64,000 nucleotides of DNA from Candidatus Marinacidobacterales bacterium (GTDB lineage: Bacteria > Acidobacteriota > Vicinamibacteria > Marinacidobacterales > DATDRI01). The notes beneath the pieces are model-generated. The model was not told the DNA's origin and searched no databases. It saw only the letters and a list, made by a program, of their open reading frames with translations. The DNA lies in NCBI GenBank assembly GCA_965219415.1, contig CBDCNP010000002.1:4064001-4128000 (forward strand), given 5' to 3'. Below are positions 1-9,889 of the stretch, piece after piece; position 1 is the stretch's first letter, and every line of letters begins with the position of its first letter. Made by a program: the position numbers and the translations under genes.

Positions 1-3
1 TGG

Positions 4-1288
4 ATGTGCCGGAACCTCGTGCTGTTGGTGGTCCTCTTATCGTTGGCGATCCCCGCCGCAGCGCAAGAAGGGCCGGTGACTTTCGAGTTCAGCTTTTCGA
101 ACCCAGGCGCGCGAAGCATGGGTTTGGGAGGAGCCTTCGCAGCCATCGCAGACGATGCCACGGCTGCATTCAGCAATCCCGCGGGACTCAATCAGCTACT
201 CAAGCCGGAGGTCTCACTCGAGGGACGCCGTTGGTCCTACAACACGCCATTCGTCGCCGGAGGGCGTGCGTCGGGCGAGCCTACCGGCATCGGCCTCGAT
301 ACGGTTAGCGGACCGCGTTACGGAGTCTCTTCCGAAGCTCTCGCCGGCCTCTCTTTTCTGTCTTTCGTTTACCCGGGCAAGAAGTGGTCCCTCGCAGCCT
401 ACCGACATCGGTGGGCCAACTTCAGTCTAACCAGACAGGTCGATAGCCTCTTCGGCATCGTCGACGGCGAGCTCGAGTGCTTGGAGGATATTTTCTCGAC
501 GACAGACTTCAAAGTCACCAACAACGGTTTTGCGGCCGCTTACGAGATGACACCAAGCTTGAGCCTGGGTTTCGGGATGGTGTACTTCCAGGCGGAGATG
601 GACTCGCTGTCCGACGAGTTTGCCTCGGATGAAGAAGCTTTCTTCGAAGCCAATCCCCGGCTGCCGGAGTCTCTCGACACGAGCTATCACCTTCGCGGAA
701 AGGACTCCGGTGTCACGCTTCACGCGGGTTTCTTTTGGCGACCGACAGCGCAATGGTCCGTGGGTGGTTACTTCCGTGAGGGGCCGCAATTGACGATGGA
801 AATTACCGAGGTCGTGGGCCCGGCCAACGACGAGGCTCCGGCGGGAACCGTCGAACTCGACGCCACCACTCCCCTCAATCTTCCAACCGTCTACGGCATA
901 GGGGCCGCGTTCCGTGCAAACGAAGGGGCGCTGACTATCAGCCTCGAGTGGGATCGGGTCCGTTACTCCTCGATCACCAAAAGCCTCGACACAAACGTTT
1001 TCGATCCGGGTCAGATCAATCTATCCGACGGAAACGAGATCCATGTAGGCGTCGAGTATGTTTTCGTAACCGCCAAGCCCATCGTGGCCCTACGCGGGGG
1101 CGCATGGCGAGATCCTGCCCATGGTTTCGATTCGGGTCCGGCGGCGGATGTCTTCGAGCAGACGATCTTCAACGGTGGGGACGACGAAATTCATTTCTCC
1201 GGAGGCGTTGGTCTGGTACTGAGCAAGTTCCAATTCGATCTTGGACTCGAGGGACCTGCTGTCATTCTCGCTCGTCTTTCGATTCTGA
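4..1288 (+). CDS. FadL/OMPP1/TodX-like outer-membrane beta-barrel protein (frameshift near 1250)
   Basis: Signal peptide, then FSFSNPGARSMGLGGAFAAIADDATAAFSNPAGL, the FadL-family hatch motif. The +1 frame from 1253 reads DLLSFSLVFRF-stop (TGA 1286-1288), a typical C-terminal Phe beta-signal, so the called end at 1326 is probably a frameshift artefact. Confidence 0.8.
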
Positions 1289-1298
1289 GGGAGAGTCC

Positions 1299-3750
1299 GT
1301 GCGCGATCGCCGGGGCATCCCTTTAGAGCCATTCAGCTTCGCAGCCCTATTCCGCGGGCCGAGTTTCTCAATCACATCCCTTATCGCCTGCCTGGCCCTG
1401 GTACTTCTCTCTACACGCGCAGCCTCTGCCGAAACCTGGTTCGAGGCATACCACCAAGCCGAAGAGGCCCTGGCCGACGAGCGGTGGAGCGAAGCGATCC
1501 GCCATCTTAATACGGCACTCGAGCAGAAGCCGGACTCGAGCCTGAAGGTTCGCACTTACGGTATGAGGTTCATCTCGTACTTTCCCTTCTTGAAGCTTGG
1601 TGTCGCCTACTACCACCTGGGACAGGCGGACGCAGCAATGCAGACTTTCGAAACCGAGGAACGTCAACGAGAGATTCAGGGTTCGGAGAGAGACTACGCC
1701 GAGCTCCAAGAGTACCGTGGCTTGATTCGGGAGGCCCATACCGCGGCCGATCTCGAGAGAGAGCGACGTGCCGAAGAGGTGGTCACCGAGAACCTGAAAG
1801 CCGCGCGAGAGCTCGAAGAGCAGGGGCGCTTCGACGACGCGCTGGCCACCCTTGCGAAGACTCTTGCTGTGGCTCCAAACCTGGCCGAAGCTCAAGAGCT
1901 GAGACGACGCTTGTTGAGATCGGTTGCCGAGCAAGAGCGACGACAGGAGGTCGACGATCGCATGACCCGCTTGCTCGAGCAAGGAAGAACCGATTTGCAG
2001 GCGGGCAACTACCGCCGGGCGGCGACCAACCTTCGCCAGGCGTTGGACCTAAGGAATAACGCCGATGTCCTCGCCCTCCTCCAGCAAGCGCAGGAAGGGA
2101 TCCGTGTTGGAATCGAGAAGGAGGCGGGTGCAGGTAATCGCCAACGCCTGATCGCTCTGGGCTTGGAACGGGCCGCCGAGCTCGAGGCCACCGGTGAGCT
2201 GATACGCTCTTTGAATGAGCTTCAGGCCGTTCTGGTCCTCGATCCCCAAAACCCCGATGCCCGGGAACGCCAGGCTCGAATCATCCGAAAGCAGGTGGGA
2301 GCCGACGAGACCGATCGCCGAGCAAAGACCGTGCGTCGACTGCTGGGTGAAGCCGAGAACCTGCTCGGAGCCGGCCAGTACGATCAGGCCCTGCGGAACG
2401 CGAACCGTGTGCTCGCGCTGGAGCCGGACAATGGCGCGGCGCTCAGCTGTATCACGCGGGCCTATGCGAAGCTCAGCGATACGTTGCTATCAACCACGAA
2501 CGCTCCCCCGGCCATTCTCCTTGACGATCTCCCGCAGAGCGGGGCGGCAGAAACACCTGTTCAAGTGGTCCATTCGCCACAGTTCGTCCTCACCGGCTCG
2601 GTGTACGACAACACACCGGTCGAACTTTCTCTCATGGACGGTGACCACGTCGTCGGAACGCCGAGAATCCAAAACCCGGCAGTTCCAAGGCGTGTGGATA
2701 ACCACGTTCCGCTTTCAACAACGCATCGACCCCGGCGCGTCGACGTTCCAGGTAGTCGCGGTGGACGAAGGAGGCAAGTCCGCCACCGAGACCTACTCGG
2801 TCGAGTACGCCGTCCCATTCCTTCGTTCTTGGTGGTCCCCAGCCTCTCTCGGTGTGGCGTTGACGTCCCTGGTGTTCGGCTTCGTGGGCCTAAGGGCACG
2901 ACGACGCCATCAGTTGCTACGCCGCCGTTTCAACCCCTACGTTGCCGGCGCACCGATTCTGGAGCAGAAGAGGTACTTCGGGCGTCAAGGGCTGCTGGAT
3001 TACGTCCTTCGGAGAGTTCACAACAACAGCATCCTGATCTATGGAGAGAGGCGCATCGGCAAGACGAGTTTTCAACATCAGCTGAAGCAATGTCTGACAA
3101 CGCTCGACGATCCGGTTCACAAGTTCTACCCGGTTTACATCGACCTCCAAGGCACACCCCAGGAGAAGTTCTTCTCGACGATGGCGGCGGAGATCTTTCA
3201 CGAGCTTCCGCAATACGTCGATGGAATCGAGCCGAGCTCATCCCTGGACGAGGATACCTACGGATACCGGGATTTCGTGAAGGATATTCATCGAGTCCTC
3301 AAGGCCCTCGGCGGTACGACGAACAAGAGTGTCAAGCTGGCACTACTCATCGACGAAGTCGACGAACTCAACGACTACGACCCGCGCGTCAACCAGAAAT
3401 TACGGAGCCTCTTCATGAGAACGTTCGCCGACAACCTCGTCTCGGTCGTCTCGGGAGTCGGGATCAAGAAGCACTGGGAACGAGAGGGCAGCCCCTGGTA
3501 CAACTTCTTTCAGGAGATCGAGGTGAAGCCTCTCGATCGCAAGGAGGCTATATCGCTGGTCGAGGCTCCGGTGCGCGGGGTCTTCAGCTTCGCGGATGGA
3601 GTCGTAGATGAGATTCTACGGCGAACGGACTGTAAGCCGTACCTGATCCAGAGAGTTTGCTCGGCACTGGTCGACCGACTGCACGAGGAACAACGAGGAA
3701 GTTTCACCTTGGCCGATGTCGAGAGCGTCTGCCAACCCGAGGGGCTCTAG
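1299..3750 (+). CDS. Exported TPR-repeat / beta-rich domain / single TM / cytoplasmic STAND-type P-loop ATPase (one frameshift near 2672)
   Basis: GTG at 1299 after GAGGGAG. Signal peptide (LIACLALVLLSTRAASA) and TPR-like helices lie in ORF 948..3611. After AAAA at 2672-2675 the frame of ORF 2215..3750 gives a beta-rich segment, a TM (LGVALTSLVFGFVGL-RARRR), NPYVAG..YFGR, Walker A GERRIGKT and Walker B LLIDEVD. Confidence 0.75.
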
Positions 3751-3753
3751 AGG

Positions 3754-5688
3754 ATGCCGGTTACTCCCTACGTCGTCGGCCAGTGGGTCCGTGGAAAAAA
3801 ATTCTATGGACGCAGAGAGCTCGTTGCCGGCATTCTTCACGGCAATCGCAACTGCCTGTGGCTTCTCGGCACCCGCCGTATCGGCAAGACGTCCATCCTC
3901 AAGCAGCTCGAGCACCTGACGTCGACCTCACCTGATCTCGGTTACTTTTCCGTTTTCTGGGATTTTCAGGGTGCGGAAGAGCTGGAGGACTTGAACGAGA
4001 GTTTCGACGAGTCGCTGCTCGACGCGCTCGACCGGCTCGGCGAGGTGGGAATTCCTCTCGAACGCGTGCAGGCCGACGACCTGTTCGAGTCCATCAACAA
4101 ACTCCGCCGCGAGCTTCGCAGCAAGAACCTCGCGCTGCTGCTCCTGGGCGACGAAGTGGAGGAACTGGTCCACGTCAAGGAGAGAGCGCCCCGCTTTCTA
4201 CCCCGCCTTCGCCGGGCCCTGCAATCGGCGGAGAACATCCGCACCGTACTGGCCTCGAAGATCAAACTCTGGGATCTTGCGTCCGAGCAAACCAACACCT
4301 CGCCATTCCTTCACGGTTTCACGCCCCCGCTCTTCGTCCACGGACTCACTGACGACGAAGCGCGGTCGCTCGTCTGCCAGTCGCTACTCCCCGAAGACTC
4401 GAGGCCACAGTTCGATGAGAAGACGATCGAGGTCATCCGAACCCACTGCAATAATCACCCTTACCTTCTCCAACTTCTGTGCGAGCGTTACGTCGAGCGA
4501 ATGGAGCTCGAGCAGGCGATCGAGGAGATCGCCACCGATCAGATGGTGCGTCACTTCTTCGCGGTCGACTTCGAGATGTTGACCGAGACCGAGCGCAACA
4601 TCATTCGCATTATCGGCGACGAGAACGAGGCGACCACTCACGTCATACAGAGGACGCTAGGCATCGAGTCGGCCGGTTTGAGTGGTGATCTATCGCGGCT
4701 AGAAAACCTCGGATTCATCCGGCGAACCGCCAACGGCGACTACACCCTGGCGAACTTCTTCTTCAAGCGTTGGTTCCGTGAGCTTCCGCGAACCGAGCGC
4801 GCACGTCCCGGCGATCCCGGTCTGATCCAGCCCACCATCCAGGACGCGCACCTCGTCACCGGAGCGGTATCGGAGTCTTTCGGCCGAATCGACAATCGTT
4901 ATGAGCTCCTGGGGCTGCTCGGACAAGGCGAGACCGGCAAGGTGTACAAAGCGCACGACACGCTCCTCAACACCGTGGTCGCAGTCAAGCTATTCAAACC
5001 GGAGTATTGTGCCGAAGAGGAGGCCGTGACCAGGCTGCGCCGTGAGGTCTTGCTCTCGAGAAACCTCACCCATCCGAATATTCTCAAGATCTATGATCTC
5101 GGTGACGACGATGGTCAGCGGTACCTGACCATGCAATACGTGAAGGGTCCCGACCTGGCCGACGTCATCTCGAAGGAGGCTCCGCTTGCGATCGGCAGAG
5201 CGGTGGCGATCGCCGCCAAGCTTGCGGCGGCCTTGGACGTCGCTCGCCAGTCGAAGGTGCTCCACCGCGACATCAAACCCTCGAACGTATTGATCGACGA
5301 AACCGGAGAGCCACAGATCGCCGACTTCGGAGTGGCACGTCTTCTCGACGGGCCGGAGATCACGAAGAGCGGCGTCTTCCTCGGCACCCCGGTGTACGCT
5401 TCGCCGGAACTAATCACGGGTGCGAGAGTCGACCATCGTTCCGACCTCTACGCGCTCGGCGTCGTGACCTTCGAGATGGTGACTGGCCGGCGACCCTTCT
5501 TCGCTGATGACTTGCAGGAAATGTGCAGGATGCACATAGAGGTTCCCCCTCCCTCCCCGCGGAACCTTCGCCCGGAAGTCCCGGAGGAACTCTCCGCGAT
5601 ATTGCTACGCTGCCTCGCCAAGGATCCCGGCCAGCGATTCCAAAATGGCGCCGAGTTGCACGACGCGCTCGATGCCCTGGGCCTTTAG
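3754..5688 (+). CDS. STAND-type ATPase, winged-helix-like region and Hanks Ser/Thr protein kinase fusion
   Basis: TPYVVG..FYGR, Walker A GTRRIGKT, Walker B LLGDEVE. Kinase motifs GQGETGKVY, VAVK, HRDIKPSN, DFG, GTPVYASPE, SDLYALG. No TM segment. Confidence 0.9.
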   Translation: MPVTPYVVGQWVRGKKFYGRRELVAGILHGNRNCLWLLGTRRIGKTSILKQLEHLTSTSPDLGYFSVFWDFQGAEELEDLNESFDESLLDALDRLGEVGIPLERVQADDLFESINKLRRELRSKNLALLLLGDEVEELVHVKERAPRFLPRLRRALQSAENIRTVLASKIKLWDLASEQTNTSPFLHGFTPPLFVHGLTDDEARSLVCQSLLPEDSRPQFDEKTIEVIRTHCNNHPYLLQLLCERYVERMELEQAIEEIATDQMVRHFFAVDFEMLTETERNIIRIIGDENEATTHVIQRTLGIESAGLSGDLSRLENLGFIRRTANGDYTLANFFFKRWFRELPRTERARPGDPGLIQPTIQDAHLVTGAVSESFGRIDNRYELLGLLGQGETGKVYKAHDTLLNTVVAVKLFKPEYCAEEEAVTRLRREVLLSRNLTHPNILKIYDLGDDDGQRYLTMQYVKGPDLADVISKEAPLAIGRAVAIAAKLAAALDVARQSKVLHRDIKPSNVLIDETGEPQIADFGVARLLDGPEITKSGVFLGTPVYASPELITGARVDHRSDLYALGVVTFEMVTGRRPFFADDLQEMCRMHIEVPPPSPRNLRPEVPEELSAILLRCLAKDPGQRFQNGAELHDALDALGL

Positions 5689-5783
5689 CCAAGGCCGCCG
5701 CGTCCTCAACCGGTTGCTGCGATAACGCCATACCGGAACGTTCTTGCGCGCGCGGACCGAATCCCCTAGGATCCAATCTCCGC

Positions 5784-6740
5784 ATGGTTACGACAAACGA
5801 GACCGATCGACGAAGCACGCTTTTGGCGGAGCTCAGAAGTGTCTACGACCTCCCTCTGCCCGAGCTTCTCTACCGCTCACAAGGGGTCCACCGGGCATCT
5901 CACAAGCCGGAGGACATCCAGCGCTGCGCGTTACTCAGCATCAAAACGGGCGGGTGTCCAGAAGACTGCGGCTACTGCGCCCAGAGCGCCCATTACAATA
6001 CCGAGGTCCCTTCGAGCGCTCTCATGGCGACCGAAGACGTGCTCGCCAAGGCGCTCACAGCGAAGGCAGCAGGCGCCTCACGGTTCTGCATGGGCACGGC
6101 GTGGCGTTCGGTGAAAGACGGCACGGATTTCGACGCCGTCCTGGAGATGGTGCGGGGCGTACGGGATCTCGGAATGGAAGCGTGCGTTACGCTAGGTATG
6201 CTCAACGACGAGCAAGCACGAGCGCTCAAAGAGGCCGGGCTGACCGCCTATAACCACAATCTGGATACTTCGCGCGAGTACTACCCGAATATCGTGAGCA
6301 CGCGCACCTACGACGACCGGCTAGCGACGCTAGACGCGGTAGAAAAGGCGGGAATCTCGGTTTGCTGTGGCGGCATTCTAGGGTTGGGGGAAAGCGTGGA
6401 AGATCGTTTGAAGCTCTTGACGGAGCTTCGGATGCGCGAGATCCCACCGGAAAGCATTCCCATCAATGCCCTCATGCCGATGCCAGGAACTCCTCTCGAA
6501 GATTCGCCTCCCGTGAAAGGGCTGGAGATGGTTCGCTTGATCGCGACCACCCGAATCTTCTTCCCGCAGGCACGCGTACGACTCGCCGCCGGCCGAAGCC
6601 GCATGAGCCGGGAGCTCCAGTTCCTTTGCTTTTTCGCCGGTGCGAACTCGATCTTCTTCGGGGAGAAGCTCCTCACCGCACCCAACCCCGAAACGAGCGA
6701 CGACGACCAGCTGTTTCGTTCGATGGGACTTCTGTCCTAG
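5784..6740 (+). CDS. bioB: Biotin synthase
   Basis: IKTGGCPEDCGYCAQS radical-SAM motif, YNHNLDT, ESIPINAL, ANSIFFGEKLLT. Likely ATG at 5784. Confidence 0.95.
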   Translation: MVTTNETDRRSTLLAELRSVYDLPLPELLYRSQGVHRASHKPEDIQRCALLSIKTGGCPEDCGYCAQSAHYNTEVPSSALMATEDVLAKALTAKAAGASRFCMGTAWRSVKDGTDFDAVLEMVRGVRDLGMEACVTLGMLNDEQARALKEAGLTAYNHNLDTSREYYPNIVSTRTYDDRLATLDAVEKAGISVCCGGILGLGESVEDRLKLLTELRMREIPPESIPINALMPMPGTPLEDSPPVKGLEMVRLIATTRIFFPQARVRLAAGRSRMSRELQFLCFFAGANSIFFGEKLLTAPNPETSDDDQLFRSMGLLS

Positions 6741-6752
6741 ACAGTCCGGCGC

Positions 6753-8669
6753 GTGAGCGACGCGATCATTCTCGGCACCGATACCGACGCCGGGAAGACA
6801 ACCTTCTCCCTCCTTTGGATGACCGCCTTTCCGAAGGACTTTGCGTATTGGAAACCGGTAGAGACCGGCCCCTCCGACACCGAAACCGTCGAACGACTCG
6901 TACCTGAAGCGCGAGTCCACCCTCCCCTCGCCCGCTTTCGCGACGCGGTGGCTCCCGAGGTCGCCGCAGAGCGCGAAGGGCGTTCGGTTCCCGCCGTCGG
7001 AGAAATCTTGGGTGCCGTTCCCGAAGACACGCGTTCCCTTCTCATCGAGACTTTTGGAAGTCCCCTCTCACCCCTTCGTCCGAACGTTTTACAGATCGAG
7101 CTCATCCGGCAATTCGAGAGGCTTAGTTTGCTGGTCGGCACGACGGCGGTGGGTGCGGTGGGACGAGCCCTTCAGTCAATCGAGACCCTTCGCGCAAACG
7201 GCATCGAACCTCGCGCACTAGTACTCGTCGGGCCAATAGACACCTACGCCGAGTCCAAGATTCGCCAGCACGGGGGTCTCGACGTTTTCACGCTAGAGCC
7301 ACCTGCCGCGTTCGACGAAGAAGGCGTGCGTCGTTGTGCCCAGAAACAAATCGATGTCCTACGCTCCCTACGCGAGACCCTCGCACTCGATCCATCGATC
7401 GACAAAGACTGGGTGGCGCGCGATCGGCGCTCGGTGTGGCATCCCTACACCTCCCTCAGAGATCCCGATGAACCGTTAAACGTCGTCGACTCGTGCGATG
7501 AGTTCCTGATTCTAGAAGACGGCCGACAGATCATCGACGGCATCTCTTCGTGGTGGACCATTCAGCACGCGCATCGCTACCCTCCGCTCATGAAGGCTCT
7601 CCGGGAAGCGGCGCGCCGATACGATCATGTCGTTTTCGCGGGGGTCACGCATCCCCCCGCCATCGAGCTTGCGGAGCGGATGCTCGCCAGCATGCCTTGG
7701 TCGGGTGGCCGTGTCTTCTACTCGGATAACGGAAGTACCGCGGTCGAAGTCGCCCTCAAAATGGCCTATCAGTTTTGGTGTCACCGTGGCGAGCCGGGGC
7801 GGCGTTTGTTCGTCGGCTTCGAAGGCGGCTATCACGGCGATACTTTTGGCGCTATGGCGGTGAGTCGCGACCCGCTATTCTTCGGTACCTTCGAGCCCTT
7901 GCTCTTCGAATCGCGGATCGTCCCGCTTTCACCGAAGAGCCTGGATAGACTCCTCGTACGGGAAGGCAGTCGAGTCGCCGCCGTCATCCTCGAGCCTCTG
8001 GTACAAGGGGCAGGCGGCATGCTCATGCACTCCCCCGAAACGCTAGCAGCGCTTGCGGAGGTGTCGCGCAAGCACGGCGTGCTCTTTATCGCCGATGAAG
8101 TCATGACCGGTGGTGGTCGTACCGGAACCCTTTGGGCGCATCAAACCGCTGGTATCACACCCGATCTAGTCTGTGCCGGGAAGACCATTGCCGGGGGAAT
8201 CCTTCCCATCGCCACGACTCTAGTCGCGCCTCACATCGTCGAGGCCTTCGACACCGAGGATCGGTCTCGCACGTTTTTTCACGGCCACTCCTTCACCGCC
8301 CATCCGCTTTCGTGTGCGGTAGGTGTTGCTAACTGGAGGCTCATGGAAAACGGCATCGGCGACGAGCCGCGACAGATCGAGAGCTTTTGGCGGGGGCGAA
8401 TCGAGCCGATGCGGTCCCGTGAAGGCGTCAAAGACGTTCGCATCCAAGGAACCATCGCCGCTATCGAGCTTGACCTCCCGGGAGGCTATCTCGCCGACAC
8501 CGGCCGTCGCATGCGGCAGGTGTGTCTCGAGCGCGGCGTCTGGCTGCGACCGCTCGGCAACGTTCTCTATGCCCTGCCACCGTTCCGAACGCCTCGAGCA
8601 TCACTCGAACAGATTGCCGACGCGATGGAATCGGCGGTTGCGGAAGTCTTGGAAGCTAGCAACCCATGA
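6753..8669 (+). CDS. bioDA: Bifunctional dethiobiotin synthetase / DAPA aminotransferase (BioD-BioA fusion)
   Basis: N-terminal GTDTDAGKT and YWKPV (BioD). C-terminal VWHPYT, DGISSWW, DNGSTAVEVALKMA, YHGDT, FIADEVMTG and HGHSFTAHP (BioA). Confidence 0.92.
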   Translation: MSDAIILGTDTDAGKTTFSLLWMTAFPKDFAYWKPVETGPSDTETVERLVPEARVHPPLARFRDAVAPEVAAEREGRSVPAVGEILGAVPEDTRSLLIETFGSPLSPLRPNVLQIELIRQFERLSLLVGTTAVGAVGRALQSIETLRANGIEPRALVLVGPIDTYAESKIRQHGGLDVFTLEPPAAFDEEGVRRCAQKQIDVLRSLRETLALDPSIDKDWVARDRRSVWHPYTSLRDPDEPLNVVDSCDEFLILEDGRQIIDGISSWWTIQHAHRYPPLMKALREAARRYDHVVFAGVTHPPAIELAERMLASMPWSGGRVFYSDNGSTAVEVALKMAYQFWCHRGEPGRRLFVGFEGGYHGDTFGAMAVSRDPLFFGTFEPLLFESRIVPLSPKSLDRLLVREGSRVAAVILEPLVQGAGGMLMHSPETLAALAEVSRKHGVLFIADEVMTGGGRTGTLWAHQTAGITPDLVCAGKTIAGGILPIATTLVAPHIVEAFDTEDRSRTFFHGHSFTAHPLSCAVGVANWRLMENGIGDEPRQIESFWRGRIEPMRSREGVKDVRIQGTIAAIELDLPGGYLADTGRRMRQVCLERGVWLRPLGNVLYALPPFRTPRASLEQIADAMESAVAEVLEASNP

Positions 8670-8949
8670 CATGAGGCGCCGAATTTGGCCATGACGTTCC
8701 GAATTTGCTTGATCAGGTGCTGTTTTTAGCATGAAAAGATGGTGATGAGACGCCGCGAAAAAAATCTAAATAGCCTCCTACAAGAAGGACGTGAAGAGAA
8801 AGCGGGCGCGCCGACTATAAAACCACGTCGCGACTGACTCGTAACTTGTCACGCGGCGAAGAACTGATAAGTCACTAAGCACTCGACTCCGACGCTCGTG
8901 TGGGCAAACTCCTTGACGCATGGGCGCTTGCGCCCTTTTCTCTCCTCTT

Positions 8950-8965
8950 TGGTACAGGTCTTGCC
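8950..8965 (+). promoter_or_regulatory. Putative sigma54 -24/-12 promoter
   Basis: TGGTACAGGTCTTGC fits GG-N10-GC and lies about 40 bp upstream of the ATG at 9007. Confidence 0.5.
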
Positions 8966-9006
8966 AGAGGACTTGCTAGAAGACAGGTCGGGGAGGGCCA
9001 ACACCC

Positions 9007-9889
9007 ATGGAGGTTTTTCTACAAGCCTGCATCGGTGGTTTGGCTCAGGGCTGCGTTTATGCGCTGGTGGCTCTGGGATTCGTCCTGATCTACAAGGCGA
9101 CGGAAGTCGCGAACTTCGCTCAGGGCGAGCTCATGATGGTGGGGGCCTACATCCACTTCTCGCTGGTGGTGTTCGGCGGGCTCGATCCGTTGCTGGCGCT
9201 GCCGGTGACTCTCGTTCTCGCGGGACTCATGGGTGCCACCGTCGAACCCGCTTGTACGATCAGCCTCATCGATGACGCAGAAGGTAAAGTTCAAACCTAC
9301 CTCATGACAGCCCGCGATCTGAATAAGACGTTCGAGAAGGCCTCCATCTCCATTCTTCCGTTCGGAGAAGACACGATTGCGCGACTTGAGAAGGAGGAAG
9401 GGCTGGCGGACAAAGTGGGGCTTCTAGAGGCCGCCAACGGTGGCACGGTTTTCCTCGACGAGGTGAGCGAGACCAGCCCCGGCTTTCAAGTCAAGTTGCT
9501 CCGGGCGCTCCAAGAAGGAGAGGTGACCCGAGTCGGGGACCACACACCCCGAAAGATCGATGTCCGGGTCGTCGCCGCAACCAACAAAGATCTGGAGCTC
9601 GAGATCAAGGAGGTCACCTGCTACCAGGAAGCGTGACCGTGGCTGTGGGTGACCGTCTGATGGCAGGACAAGCTATCGGGAAAGTGGGAAAGGCCGGCCT
9701 CGTTCATTTCAACATGATGAACGACGGCGAATGGCTCGAAGCTCACGGTGTCCCCGCGCTCTTCAGTGATTTCGAGCGCGTCCTTCCGGGCGCGGATCCT
9801 CGGCGCATCGACAAAGGTAACCCGAGAACCGGTTGGCTCGTGGCTCCTGTAGAAGGCAAACCCACCTCCCAGACGAAACGCCCCAGTCT
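9007..9889 (+). pseudogene. Mosaic of gene fragments: LivH-like permease N-terminus, unknown piece, sigma54-activator AAA+ fragment, M23-peptidase-like fragment
   Basis: [34 protein letters not shown] (LivH); [40 protein letters not shown] (NtrC-type AAA+); [25 protein letters not shown] (M23-like). Confidence 0.7.

Noticed and set aside
2676-3611. C-terminal Arg/Pro-rich part of the 887-aa ORF 948..3611
   Set aside because: Out-of-frame read-through after the frameshift; the overlapping frame holds the TM and ATPase motifs.
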